DNA of 64,000 nucleotides, taken from NCBI GenBank assembly GCA_965552055.1, contig CBEVQO010000003.1:32001-96000 (forward strand), in the 5' to 3' direction. Of the stretch, positions 18,385 to 28,096 are shown piece by piece; positions within the stretch are counted from its first letter, which is position 1, and each line of letters begins with the position of its first letter. The notes below the pieces were generated by a model. The model was given only the letters and a program-made list of their open reading frames with translations, was not told the DNA's origin and ran no database searches. A program made the position numbers and the translations under genes. This stretch comes from an uncultured bacterium (GTDB lineage: Bacteria > Hydrothermota > UBA3073 > NMUJ01 > CBEVQO01).

Positions 18385-21300
18385 TTATATTTCAATGCAA
18401 ATGGGATATGCATTTATATGTCCCTCTTTCCAAAGTTTTGCTGGATTTTTAATCTTTTTTAATTTTGCATCTTTTGTTCCAGCGCCATAAACTCTATAAA
18501 TGTAAAATTTATTTCCTTTCTCTTTCATTAGCCTCCATTGATCTTTTGACACTTCAAACCAAGTTTTTTCGAATTCTTTTGTTGATTTAACCTCGATAAA
18601 AATCTCGTCCTCATTTTCTGTAATCTTTATATCATAGTGTTGCCCACTTTCTCCATTCTTGTTTAACCATACTACTTCTGCAATTACCCTACCATCTTTT
18701 TCTAATTTAAAGCCTTGTTCAGTATTTAATAAAGATGCATCAGGATACTTTCTCGTCATTTCATCTTTAATGCACCTAAAAGCATATTCTTCTCCCCATC
18801 GCCCAATATCTTCTTTGGCTTTTTTACTTAAAACTTCGATAGATCGTTCCCAATCTCCATGTGATCTGGTTGCGGACTTTTTATCTGAAAGTTTTGACTC
18901 TTTATCGGTTATTTTTGTTTCTTTTCCTCCTTCATGCGTGTATTTGTATTCTTCTATTCTAATAGGAGCTTTTTCTGGAGAAATTTCTGGTGTCCATTCT
19001 TTTTTAACCCGAGTATCAATGCTTGTTTCTGCAAGTTCCTCACCCTCTTCTGCTTTGGCTTTTTTGAAGACTTCAATCTTCCCCTTTTCCTCAGCAGCAA
19101 TCCTGCTTTCTACTTCCTTTGTTTCCTCTTTTGTCACCTCTACTTCTCCCTTTTCTTTCTTTACTCTTTTAGAAACCCTCTTTAAAATTTCCTCTTCTGA
19201 TTTTGGTAATTGCCTTATCTTTTTAGCCTTCATTATATCCTCTGCACTGGAAACATTACTCATTATGTTCATTATAAAATCATCAAGACCTTTAATTTCA
19301 CCAAATACTTTAGAAAATTCCACAGCGATATCATAGATACCCGCATTGTTCTTCATATATATGCAATTCTTGTCTTTGTGGTAGACGCATTTTCTTTCAG
19401 CCTCTCTGCTTATTTCTGTCCATTCATTAACTTTTATTGAATATTTTACTTTCAGATTGTCAGTAACATAAACTTCAATCGCTCCAATTTTTTTAAGCGT
19501 TCCATTTCCCTTAAGTTTTTCATATTCTGCATATTCCCTCCAGTAAAGATATCGTAAAACATATGGTATAACATCTTGAATGAGTTTAGTACGTTTATCA
19601 TCTTTTGAAAGCTTTGTCTTTTCTACCAAAGGCACAATCTCAATACTTTCAGATAAATAATTGAGGTTGCAAGCTTTAATAAAGAATTTTATTTTATCTG
19701 GGTTATAGTTTTCTGGTAGCCAGAGAAAACCGATATCCTTCTCGTCTTTGAATAATTCATAAAGTTCATTATTATCGTTTATGAAAATATTTCCATCGTT
19801 AGACCAGAACTTACCTTTATTAATGAGAAAAATCGATTTTTCGATAAAATCATTCCACCAATCTTCCTCGGATATGGGGTTTTCAATTTTATCTGGATTT
19901 AAGTTACGATTCAGTTCTTCGTATATTCTTATGATTATCTTTTCATCTTCGCTTGATACATCGCTTTTTTTAGATATAGAGCATAAAACATCCGCATAAT
20001 CTTTGGGTATTGGTTTCTCTCTTATTTCAAGTTTTTCTAGGAAGAATTTCTTAAGTTTTGGATAATGCTTTTCTAAATATGCTCTATTTTCACCGAAGAT
20101 CTTGCTTACATCTTTCCACAAGACTTCATCTGCCCGATAATATTTATTGTTTGTACCAGGGACAAAAATCAGAGGATATTCCCTAAATGCATCTTTTATT
20201 TTGACAGGATCTTCTTCAAAATGCTCATCTAAGAATTTATACAATTTTTCAAATTTTTTCTTGTCTTCGCTTTTGCGCTCAATAAGTGCTTTTAGGTAAT
20301 TTAAGACATTCTCTACATTAGCTTGGGTATTAATACCTAAAGCTCTGATAAAATCTTCATTTTCGATTTTTACTGCTAGGTATGGAACAGTGTTACCTAA
20401 AACTTCGCGGATTTCTGGTTTATCTAAAAATACCTCTGAAGGTTTTGCTAAAGCATTTTGGGCGGTTGGGATTTTTAATTTTTCTTTTAGGTCTCTTATA
20501 AATGACGAAGACAATGTTTTATGTCGTTCATAATAATAAAACCACCGATAATCCATTTTCAGATAATTTGAATACTTGCTATTCCAATATTTGTCCAAAA
20601 TTCTTAATAAAATTTCAGCTTTTTTAAAATCAAGCTTTTCTAACAATTCATCAAATTCCTTAGATAATCTCCAATCCTTAACCTTATGCCCCCAAGTAGA
20701 ATATTCTTTTTCTTCAGTAGTGGGGTATTTGTCATTAGAAGATATATATCCTTCATAATATTTTACTCTCGGTATATCGTTTACTCCTATTTTCAAGAGA
20801 AATTTCTTCCATTCTTCAACTTTTTTACTCTTCTTTTTCTCTAATTCTTCAATCTGTTTCTCAATTTTTCTAACCTCTTTTCTATGTTTCTTTTTCCACT
20901 TCTTACTTTTCTCCTGTAGTTTGCTTTTTAACTCCGAAATTTCATTATCAATTCGTTTTATGTCTTGTTCAAGATAACAAAAATGCACGAAACTTACATC
21001 TATACCTTCAAATAATGTCTCTAAATCATTTTCATTACCATAACTCTTTGGTAAATATACATTCTCTGGAGAGTCATACCATTCTTTATCCTCCTCATTA
21101 TTAATGCGGATAAGAAGCGATTCTCTGAGACGTTTTAATGGGTCTTCTTTAGTCTTCCGAGATGCTTTATTAGCATTTAACTTTCTGTCACTTTCTCTCT
21201 CGTATTTGTCTATATTATCTTTGATATATTTGACATATCCGATAAGAGTTCTTGGATCTTTTTGTTTCCATCCTTTACTTTCATAAACAGGTAAAATATG

Positions 21301-22983
21301 GCTTTCAATGATCTCGTAAGGGTCTGCTTGTTTAAGTCCTAATCTCTTGAGAAATTCTAAAATTTTATCTCTTTCTTCTTTATCTTGCTTTGAAACAATA
21401 TCTATGATTGCCTTTTCAATTACTCTGAGCTCATCTTCAAAGCCATATACTGATTTTCTCTCCAGCGGGAAGAATACAGTGCCTTTATTTATAGAAGTAA
21501 GTTCTCCATTCTCCAATTTTATAATCTCCAGATTCTTTAATCGTTCTAATTGCTCGTCAGATAGCTTTTTCTTGCTAAGATAACTAAATAACTTTGCAAA
21601 CCATTCTTTATTCTGGTTTTCGATCCATTCCTTATTCTCCAAACACTTAATTAGGTCATTAATTGAAAAATTTTTAACTCCCAGTTTTTGAAGAACTTGC
21701 TTTTTAACTTTTATTTTATCCGATATGTATTCTTTTCCAAAAAATTTCTGGAGATCTTCATTGGTTACTATTTCTTTTATTTCATCATCACCAGTTAAAA
21801 CCTCTGAAGGTTTCTTCCACTTGTTTGTTTTTGTCAAAATACATGCTTCTTTCTTGAGTTCTTTATATATTTCTTCTACTACCGGTGAAAAGAAATCGTC
21901 TTTTATTTCTTTTTTGAGGGGAAGATAATTGTAAAAGCCGTATTTTAAATTTTCATCATTTTTAAATTCTCTAACAGCATCTAAGAACACTTTTATGATA
22001 GAACCTCTAAGCCATTCGTTCCATTTATTGTCTTTGATAATATCTTCACGAGTTATTGGTAGAAGAAAATCGGCTTGGATGATAAATTTAAATCCATACT
22101 CACGAACTGGAAGATATGCAAAGACAAATTGCTCATTAGAAGTATCGGGAGAATAATCTTCTTTTAAGGGAAATGCCAAAATAATCTCTGTTTCACTAAC
22201 ATCTCTTCGCCTTTCTTCATCCATATCCTGTGGAACCTTAAATAACTTTTTAATTACTTTCCAATAGCTTTTTTTTCCATTGTAAATAACCTCGACTATT
22301 CCATTTTTCTCATGCAGTTCCATCCTTTTAACTTTTTTACCTTTCTCCACAATTTCAATTACTTTCAACTTTTTAAGAAATAGCAAAAGCGATGGATGAA
22401 TTTCATCAATATACTTGCTTATCTTGTTTCTTATTTCAGGTTTAAGATATAGAACAATATTTGTCTGCGCTGGATCAACAAAATCAGGAATTTCATCAAT
22501 CCATTCAGGGATTATCATCGTTACAGGATTGCTTTCATCGTAGTTGAAACCAAATTGGAAACCGTTTGAATAAATCTGCACCCTATTTGCGATCATAAAA
22601 ACAGATTTAAATCCAATACCCTTTTCACCGATATAACCCAACGCTTTCGTTTTTGTTGTTTCACCTATACCACACAATGCCCAAACATTTTTCTCTTCAA
22701 ATCCTTTTTCATTGTTTTGAATTACCAACCAATCAGAGCTTATTATAAACCTAATTTTGGGACGAATATTTTCTTCATATTTGTTATCCTCTGCATTCTG
22801 GATTAATTCAAAAACAAAATGGGGATTTCTTGTGTGAATTTCTTTAGCAAGTTTAGAGGCATTTTTCAAAATTCTTTCTTTATCTTTAAGTGCAGCTCTT
22901 TGCGCTTCTGTTAAATCTTTAGTATCAAGCCCGATTCCAAATCTTATTTTTCTTATCTTCTCAATGACTTTTTTCTTGTTCAT
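18385..22983 (-). CDS. Large sacsin-like HATPase / DUF3883 (NO VEIN-like) protein, candidate defence nuclease
   Basis: N-terminal HFVFELIQNAED, NNEKGF, IGEKGIGFKSVF, FAYLP, IQADF; C-terminal IGRWGEEYA..HYDI..FIEVKST PD-(D/E)XK-type DUF3883. Confidence 0.85.
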   Translation of the reverse strand: MNKKKVIEKIRKIRFGIGLDTKDLTEAQRAALKDKERILKNASKLAKEIHTRNPHFVFELIQNAEDNKYEENIRPKIRFIISSDWLVIQNNEKGFEEKNVWALCGIGETTKTKALGYIGEKGIGFKSVFMIANRVQIYSNGFQFGFNYDESNPVTMIIPEWIDEIPDFVDPAQTNIVLYLKPEIRNKISKYIDEIHPSLLLFLKKLKVIEIVEKGKKVKRMELHEKNGIVEVIYNGKKSYWKVIKKLFKVPQDMDEERRRDVSETEIILAFPLKEDYSPDTSNEQFVFAYLPVREYGFKFIIQADFLLPITREDIIKDNKWNEWLRGSIIKVFLDAVREFKNDENLKYGFYNYLPLKKEIKDDFFSPVVEEIYKELKKEACILTKTNKWKKPSEVLTGDDEIKEIVTNEDLQKFFGKEYISDKIKVKKQVLQKLGVKNFSINDLIKCLENKEWIENQNKEWFAKLFSYLSKKKLSDEQLERLKNLEIIKLENGELTSINKGTVFFPLERKSVYGFEDELRVIEKAIIDIVSKQDKEERDKILEFLKRLGLKQADPYEIIESHILPVYESKGWKQKDPRTLIGYVKYIKDNIDKYERESDRKLNANKASRKTKEDPLKRLRESLLIRINNEEDKEWYDSPENVYLPKSYGNENDLETLFEGIDVSFVHFCYLEQDIKRIDNEISELKSKLQEKSKKWKKKHRKEVRKIEKQIEELEKKKSKKVEEWKKFLLKIGVNDIPRVKYYEGYISSNDKYPTTEEKEYSTWGHKVKDWRLSKEFDELLEKLDFKKAEILLRILDKYWNSKYSNYLKMDYRWFYYYERHKTLSSSFIRDLKEKLKIPTAQNALAKPSEVFLDKPEIREVLGNTVPYLAVKIENEDFIRALGINTQANVENVLNYLKALIERKSEDKKKFEKLYKFLDEHFEEDPVKIKDAFREYPLIFVPGTNNKYYRADEVLWKDVSKIFGENRAYLEKHYPKLKKFFLEKLEIREKPIPKDYADVLCSISKKSDVSSEDEKIIIRIYEELNRNLNPDKIENPISEEDWWNDFIEKSIFLINKGKFWSNDGNIFINDNNELYELFKDEKDIGFLWLPENYNPDKIKFFIKACNLNYLSESIEIVPLVEKTKLSKDDKRTKLIQDVIPYVLRYLYWREYAEYEKLKGNGTLKKIGAIEVYVTDNLKVKYSIKVNEWTEISREAERKCVYHKDKNCIYMKNNAGIYDIAVEFSKVFGEIKGLDDFIMNIMSNVSSAEDIMKAKKIRQLPKSEEEILKRVSKRVKKEKGEVEVTKEETKEVESRIAAEEKGKIEVFKKAKAEEGEELAETSIDTRVKKEWTPEISPEKAPIRIEEYKYTHEGGKETKITDKESKLSDKKSATRSHGDWERSIEVLSKKAKEDIGRWGEEYAFRCIKDEMTRKYPDASLLNTEQGFKLEKDGRVIAEVVWLNKNGESGQHYDIKITENEDEIFIEVKSTKEFEKTWFEVSKDQWRLMKEKGNKFYIYRVYGAGTKDAKLKKIKNPAKLWKEGHINAYPICIEI

Positions 22984-22985
22984 AC

Positions 22986-23132
22986 TCAAATTTGTTCAGA
23001 TATGTTCTCAAATGAAGAATACGTGTAAACTATTCGCATACACCCTGATTGGATATTGTTCTTATTTTTATCCTTATATTCATCTTCTTTTAAAATACTA
23101 TTAAGTGAGTTAGACCTTAAAGTTTGCATCAT
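22986..23132 (-). CDS. Possible 47-48 aa ORF upstream of the DUF3883 gene
   Basis: MMQTLRSNSLNSILKEDEYKDKNKNNIQSGCMRIVYTYSSFENISEQI; starts just after a TTGACA promoter and its stop lies 2 nt before ATG 22983. Confidence 0.3.
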   Translation of the reverse strand: MMQTLRSNSLNSILKEDEYKDKNKNNIQSGCMRIVYTYSSFENISEQI

Positions 23133-23204
23133 AATTATATAATCAAAAATAAGGGGTGTCAAGAGGAAATTTATTATGAGCGGGTGCGTTATACTACATT
23201 TTGA

Positions 23205-23231
23205 TTGACATTCTTCCGTTATGGTTATAAT
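23205..23231 (+). promoter_or_regulatory. Promoter TTGACA-N15-TATAAT
   Basis: -35 at 23205-23210, -10 at 23226-23231, ATG 23238 six nt later. Confidence 0.75.
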
Positions 23232-23237
23232 AATTTG

Positions 23238-23663
23238 ATGAGGAAAGATTTTAAAAGACCGTCTTCACCTGCTGAAGCGATTGAGATGTCAAAGAAGTAT
23301 TTTAATAATGCAAAAGATATTTTAAGAAATGTCAGAATAGAATACGATATTTATACAGATGAGAAGCCTGTACGTGAGGCATGTGCTATGGGATATTTAT
23401 CTGCGTTATTTGCCATTGAGGCATTTGCACTGATGAAAGGCTGTAAAGAAAGCGAATTACCGACTTCTTACGATGGACACTGGGAATGGTTATCAAAAGC
23501 ACCCCATGATGGCAAATTGAAAGCATCTTTTAGAGTTGTTTATGAAAATTTGCATGTTTTTGGCTATTACCGGGGCGGTGTAAATGTTGACATGATAAAA
23601 GCTGGCTTCAGGAACGCCAAAAGAATAATAGAAACCTTTGAGAAATTAATTAAGAGAGATTAA
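23238..23663 (+). CDS. DUF5618 family protein (helical, HEPN-like)
   Basis: KYFNNAKDIL..Y.DEKPVREAC..YL..L.AI and YENLHVFGYY motifs; start reassigned to ATG 23238. Confidence 0.7.
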   Translation: MRKDFKRPSSPAEAIEMSKKYFNNAKDILRNVRIEYDIYTDEKPVREACAMGYLSALFAIEAFALMKGCKESELPTSYDGHWEWLSKAPHDGKLKASFRVVYENLHVFGYYRGGVNVDMIKAGFRNAKRIIETFEKLIKRD

Positions 23664-23668
23664 GTCCA

Positions 23669-24225
23669 GGGTTGTGAGCCAACACCCCGGGCGTTAGAGC
23701 GGAATCACATTTTAAAGGGCGTTTTGGACTTTTGGGCTGATGAAGGTTTAGAAGCGTAATGATGGGTTTGGTTGGGAATCTGGCTTATTACGGGGAGTGC
23801 GTTTTAGGAAGCTGTAATGGTTTTGGAAGTAGTTGAGGGTTGGGGGCGATACCACACTTATACGGGTAAAGGATTTCAGGGAGTGGCGGTGTGGTTTTCG
23901 ATGGTCGAGAGGTTTTGGTTTGGGAATTTGGCTTTATTACCAGAGAGTGATTAAAATAGCCCTGGCAGTGTCAAAGTAGTGCAATAAAAAATTTTAACAA
24001 CTCTATTAAAATTTTTAAAATTCGTATTAAAATTTTTAATGCTCGCTTTGTCACATATGGGTATTTTTGTCGTACTCGAACGGTAAGAGAAACCGCATTT
24101 TGTGGAGTGCTTGCTAATGAGGTAGGGAGGGTAGCTTAGATGTATCGGGCAATTCAAAGCGGATAAAAAATTTTTATTACGAGCGAAGCGAGTGCATTAC
24201 CAATGGGTTGTGAGTCAACACCCCG
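23669..24225 (+). repeat. 21-bp direct repeat GGGTTGTGAG(C/T)CAACACCCCG at 23669-23689 and 24205-24225, with degenerate ~37-bp repeats at 23764-23799 and 23911-23949
   Basis: Read directly; non-coding, G/T-skewed region. Confidence 0.85.
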
Positions 24226-24275
24226 ACTGAAAGGAGGGGTGTGCACGAGGGCGGTGGGGACAGGGAGGCGGGGCA
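24168..24275 (+). repeat. Intergenic palindromic element, copy A
   Basis: AAATTTTTATTACGAGCGAAGCGAG..CATTAC..ATGGGTTG..GGTGGGGACAG; shares blocks with 44401-44645. Confidence 0.7.
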
Positions 24276-24278
24276 AAT

Positions 24279-26642
24279 TTATTTTTTAAAAACTATTTTA
24301 TTATTTTCTGCTACTGCTATTACTTTATCGCCTTCTTTTATTTTGCCGTCAATTATTTCGAGTGATAAAGGCACTTCTATTAAACTTCTTATCGCCCTCT
24401 TTAAAGGTCTTGCACCGTAATCCGGATTGTAGCCCTCTTTTATCAGTAAATCTTTTGCTGATTTATCGAGCTCTATTTCGATGCCCTTTTCTTTAAGTGC
24501 TTTCTTTACATATTCAAATTCAATATCAACGATTTTTTCGAGATGCTCTCTTTGCAATGGTTTAAAGATTATTATTTCGTCTATTCTATTTAAAAATTCG
24601 GGTTTGAAATAGCCCTTTAATTCTTCCATTACTGCCTGTTCGTAATTTGGGTCTCCTGCGTATCTTGAGCCAATGTTTGAAGTCATAATTATTATTGTGT
24701 TTTTAAAATCTACTGTTCTGCCCTGGCCATCTGTTAATCTCCCATCGTCCATTATCTGCAGTAAGATATTGTGGACATCTGGGTGTGCTTTTTCTATTTC
24801 ATCAAAAAGAATGACTCTGAAAGGTCTTCTTCTTACAGGTTCTGTTAATTGTCCGCCTTCTTCGTATCCCACATATCCCGGTGGTGCACCTATAAGTCGT
24901 GAGACAGTGTGCCTCTCCATATATTCTGACATATCTATTCTTATCATGGCTGATTCCGAATCAAATAGTATCTCTGCCAGTGCTTTCGCAAGCAGTGTTT
25001 TACCTACGCCTGTGGGTCCCAAGAACATAAAAACACCAATAGGTCTTTTTGCATCTTTAAGCCCTGCTCTTGCTATTCTTATTGCATTGCAAACAGCTTT
25101 TACAGCGTGCTCCTGATTTACAATACGCTTATGCAGATACTCTTCTAACTTTAACAATCTATCTTTTTCTGTCATTTTTATTCTGTAAACGGGTATGCCT
25201 GTCCATTGTGCTATGATTTCTGCGATGTCATCTTCTGTAACCGTGTCTTTTACTTTTGCTTCTTTCATCCATTTTTCTTTTTTCTCATTTAATTCTTTTT
25301 GTATCTTATCTGCTTCTTCTGCTAACCTTTTTGCGAGTTCAAAATCTCCTTTGTCTGCTGCTCTTTTGCCTCTTTCTGTTAAATCTTTTAATTTTTCTTC
25401 CAGTTCTTTTATTTCTTTGGGTCTCTGTGACATTAAAAGTTTAAGTCGTGATGATGCTTCGTCAATAAGGTCTATTGCTTTGTCTGGCAAATATCTTTCT
25501 GTTATATATCTGTGTGATAATCTTATTGCTGCTTCTATTGCTTTATCCGTGATTTTGACCCCATGATGCTGTTCGAATCTTTCTTTTAGTCCTTTCAATA
25601 TTTCGATTGCTTCTTCTGGTGATGGTTCTCTCACATATACTGGCTGGAATCGCCTTGTAAGAGCTGCGTCTTTTTCGATGTATTTCCTGTATTCGTTTAA
25701 AGTTGTAGCTCCTATGCATCTTATTTCACCTCGTGCGAGTAGTGGTTTCATCATGTTAGATGCGTCAACCGCGCCTTCTGCTGCACCTGCACCCACAATC
25801 GTATGAATTTCATCTATAAACAAAATTATTTTGCCCTGGGATTTTTTTAACTGTTCTAAAACTGCTTTCATCCTTTCTTCAAATTGTCCTCTGAATTGTG
25901 TTCCTGCAACGAGTGCCCCTATATCCAGTTCGATTATTCTTTTATCTTTTAAATCATCGGGTACTTCGCCTTTAACTATTTTTTGTGCCAATCCTTCAAC
26001 AATTGCGGTCTTACCAACGCCTGCTTCACCTACCAGCACGGGATTGTTTTTTGTTTTCCTTGTAAGTATTTGCATTACTCTGTTTATTTCTTCTTCTCTT
26101 CCTATTACCGGGTCGAGTTTTCCTTCTTTTGCTAACTTTGTAATATCTCTTCCGAATTTCTCGAGTATTTTATATTTTTCTTCGCCTGTTGGCTCGGATA
26201 ATTGAGCATCTCCTCTTACTGCATAAAGTGCTCTTAAAAATTCTTCTTTTTCTATTCCGAATTCTTTTATCAATTTGTGACCCATTTCTATTATTGCGAG
26301 GAATATATGTTCGCAACCAGTGTATGCATCTTTCCATTCTTTAGCTATCTGTTGTGCTCTTCTCAAAACTTTTTCGGCATCCGGAGTAATATAAATTTGG
26401 GCGATTGGCATACTTCCAGTTATCTGTGGTAGATTTTTTATTTCTTCTTCAACTCTTCTTTTAAACATTTCAACATTTATGTTCATTTTCTGGAGAGCTT
26501 GCGGGACGATGCCCTCATCTTGAGTTACGAGTCCGTAAAGAAGATGTAGCACATCGAGTTCAGGGTTTCTCTCTTCCATTAATTTTTCCTGTGCTGTCCT
26601 TATTGCATCCTGAGCTCTTTCTGTAAATTTTTCAAATCTCAT
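24279..26642 (-). CDS. Class I Clp/Hsp100 ATPase (ClpB/ClpC-like)
   Basis: Clp N-domain, [52 protein letters not shown] motifs; SD GGAGG. Confidence 0.95.
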   Translation of the reverse strand: MRFEKFTERAQDAIRTAQEKLMEERNPELDVLHLLYGLVTQDEGIVPQALQKMNINVEMFKRRVEEEIKNLPQITGSMPIAQIYITPDAEKVLRRAQQIAKEWKDAYTGCEHIFLAIIEMGHKLIKEFGIEKEEFLRALYAVRGDAQLSEPTGEEKYKILEKFGRDITKLAKEGKLDPVIGREEEINRVMQILTRKTKNNPVLVGEAGVGKTAIVEGLAQKIVKGEVPDDLKDKRIIELDIGALVAGTQFRGQFEERMKAVLEQLKKSQGKIILFIDEIHTIVGAGAAEGAVDASNMMKPLLARGEIRCIGATTLNEYRKYIEKDAALTRRFQPVYVREPSPEEAIEILKGLKERFEQHHGVKITDKAIEAAIRLSHRYITERYLPDKAIDLIDEASSRLKLLMSQRPKEIKELEEKLKDLTERGKRAADKGDFELAKRLAEEADKIQKELNEKKEKWMKEAKVKDTVTEDDIAEIIAQWTGIPVYRIKMTEKDRLLKLEEYLHKRIVNQEHAVKAVCNAIRIARAGLKDAKRPIGVFMFLGPTGVGKTLLAKALAEILFDSESAMIRIDMSEYMERHTVSRLIGAPPGYVGYEEGGQLTEPVRRRPFRVILFDEIEKAHPDVHNILLQIMDDGRLTDGQGRTVDFKNTIIIMTSNIGSRYAGDPNYEQAVMEELKGYFKPEFLNRIDEIIIFKPLQREHLEKIVDIEFEYVKKALKEKGIEIELDKSAKDLLIKEGYNPDYGARPLKRAIRSLIEVPLSLEIIDGKIKEGDKVIAVAENNKIVFKK

Positions 26643-26695
26643 TTTCCCTCCTTAAAGATTATTAATCATTTTTTCAATAAGTCAACAAAAAGTTG

Positions 26696-26722
26696 TTGAC
26701 ATCTCTTTTTTTCAATTATAAT
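26696..26722 (+). promoter_or_regulatory. Promoter TTGACA-N15-TATAAT
   Basis: -35 at 26696-26701, -10 at 26717-26722, in-frame GTG 26729 six nt later. Confidence 0.75.
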
Positions 26723-26728
26723 TACATC

Positions 26729-28075
26729 GTGAATGAAAGTAATATTTATGAAGGTATAAGATTTATTAAGGCTACGCTGTTGACCTTTATATCTCAAGTT
26801 ATTATTTTGATTTTTACTTTATTATCGTCGATTTTACTTGCCAGATTGCTGGGTCCTTATGGTAAAGGAGTTTATACGATTTCTACTCTACTTCCTCTAA
26901 CAATTGTTATTTTTTTAAATATAGGAGTGAGTCCTGCTACAACTTATTATATTGCGAAAAAGGAATTTGATGTAGGGAGAGCGATAATAAATAATTTGTT
27001 TTTAGGAAGTTTGTTAGGAATAGTGGGATATTTCTTGGGTATAGGTGCTATTTTTATTTTTAAAAAAACTTTTGTTAATATACCGAAAAGATTTTTACTA
27101 TTATCATTAATTATTATACCCCCGCATTTAATTTATAGTTTTTGGAATAGTATTTTTCTCGGGATACAGGATTTTAAAAAATATAACTTCATTCAGGTGT
27201 TAAGATTAAGTTTCTTTTTATCTATTTTATTGGTATTGGTAGGTTTATTGAAATTAGATTTAAAGGGAGCTTTATTAAGTTTTATTTTACATTGGTTTTT
27301 GGTTGATTTTGTTTTGTTTTTCTGGTTGAGGATGGAGTTAAAATGTATGGTGAAATGTTTAGATATTGGATATTTGAAAAAAGTTGTGTCATACGGTTTG
27401 CAAGCATATTTAGGTAATGTTTTAGCATTTTTGAATTACAGGATTTCATTTTTCTTATTGAATCATTATCTTAATCCGGAGGCTGTTGGCTATTATTCAG
27501 CCAGCATTCCTATTGCTGAGGTTGTGTGGATTTTTTCTTTTGCAGCGAGCACGGTATTGTTTCCTAAAATTTCGGCATTAGAAGAACAGAAAAGAAAGCA
27601 ATTGACACCTTTTGTGGTGAAAAATGTATTTATTTTGACTCTTTTTTTTGCATTCTTTTTGTTTCTATTTGCGAAACATGTTATAATTCTTTTATATTCT
27701 TCTACTTTTTTGCCTTCTGTGAAGCCTTTTAGGATATTATTGATAGGTACAATTTTTTTAAGCCTATCGCGTGTATTTGCAAATGACATAGCAGGAAGGG
27801 GTAAACCTGTTTTAAATTCTATAGTTTCCGGGATTGCTCTGGGAGTAAATTTATTGTTAAATATTATTTTAATTCCGAAATATGGAATTCAGGGTGCAGC
27901 TCTTGCGACTACGGTGACTTATGCCGTGATTTTGATATTTAGATTAGCTATTTATCTCAAACTCTCGGGCAACACTATCAAAACTATTTTTGTGCTAAAT
28001 CGTAAAGATTTTTCATTTTATAAAGGGATACTTTTGGCGTTTTTAAAAAATAAAAAAGTTAAGCTTGACATTTAA
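26729..28075 (+). CDS. wzx: Wzx-type polysaccharide flippase
   Basis: Many TM segments; LARLLGP..G.Y, VGYYS, LIPKYGIQGAALAT motifs. Confidence 0.88.
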   Translation: MNESNIYEGIRFIKATLLTFISQVIILIFTLLSSILLARLLGPYGKGVYTISTLLPLTIVIFLNIGVSPATTYYIAKKEFDVGRAIINNLFLGSLLGIVGYFLGIGAIFIFKKTFVNIPKRFLLLSLIIIPPHLIYSFWNSIFLGIQDFKKYNFIQVLRLSFFLSILLVLVGLLKLDLKGALLSFILHWFLVDFVLFFWLRMELKCMVKCLDIGYLKKVVSYGLQAYLGNVLAFLNYRISFFLLNHYLNPEAVGYYSASIPIAEVVWIFSFAASTVLFPKISALEEQKRKQLTPFVVKNVFILTLFFAFFLFLFAKHVIILLYSSTFLPSVKPFRILLIGTIFLSLSRVFANDIAGRGKPVLNSIVSGIALGVNLLLNIILIPKYGIQGAALATTVTYAVILIFRLAIYLKLSGNTIKTIFVLNRKDFSFYKGILLAFLKNKKVKLDI

Positions 28076-28091
28076 ACAAAATGATTATGCT
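28065..28091 (+). promoter_or_regulatory. Promoter TTGACA-N15-TATGCT
   Basis: -35 at 28065-28070, -10 at 28086-28091, in-frame GTG 28097 five nt later. Confidence 0.65.
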
Positions 28092-28096
28092 TGAGA

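Noticed and set aside
23951..24157. 68-aa ORF in the intergenic repeat region
   Set aside because: No motif or SD, atypical composition, overlaps repeats
24218..24242. Hairpin as a rho-independent terminator for clp
   Set aside because: No U-tract follows on either strand
23664..24278. CRISPR array, tmRNA, RNase P RNA or oriC in the long intergenic region
   Set aside because: No regularly spaced repeats, no tRNA-like 3' end, no GAGGAAAGTCC core and no DnaA-box cluster seen
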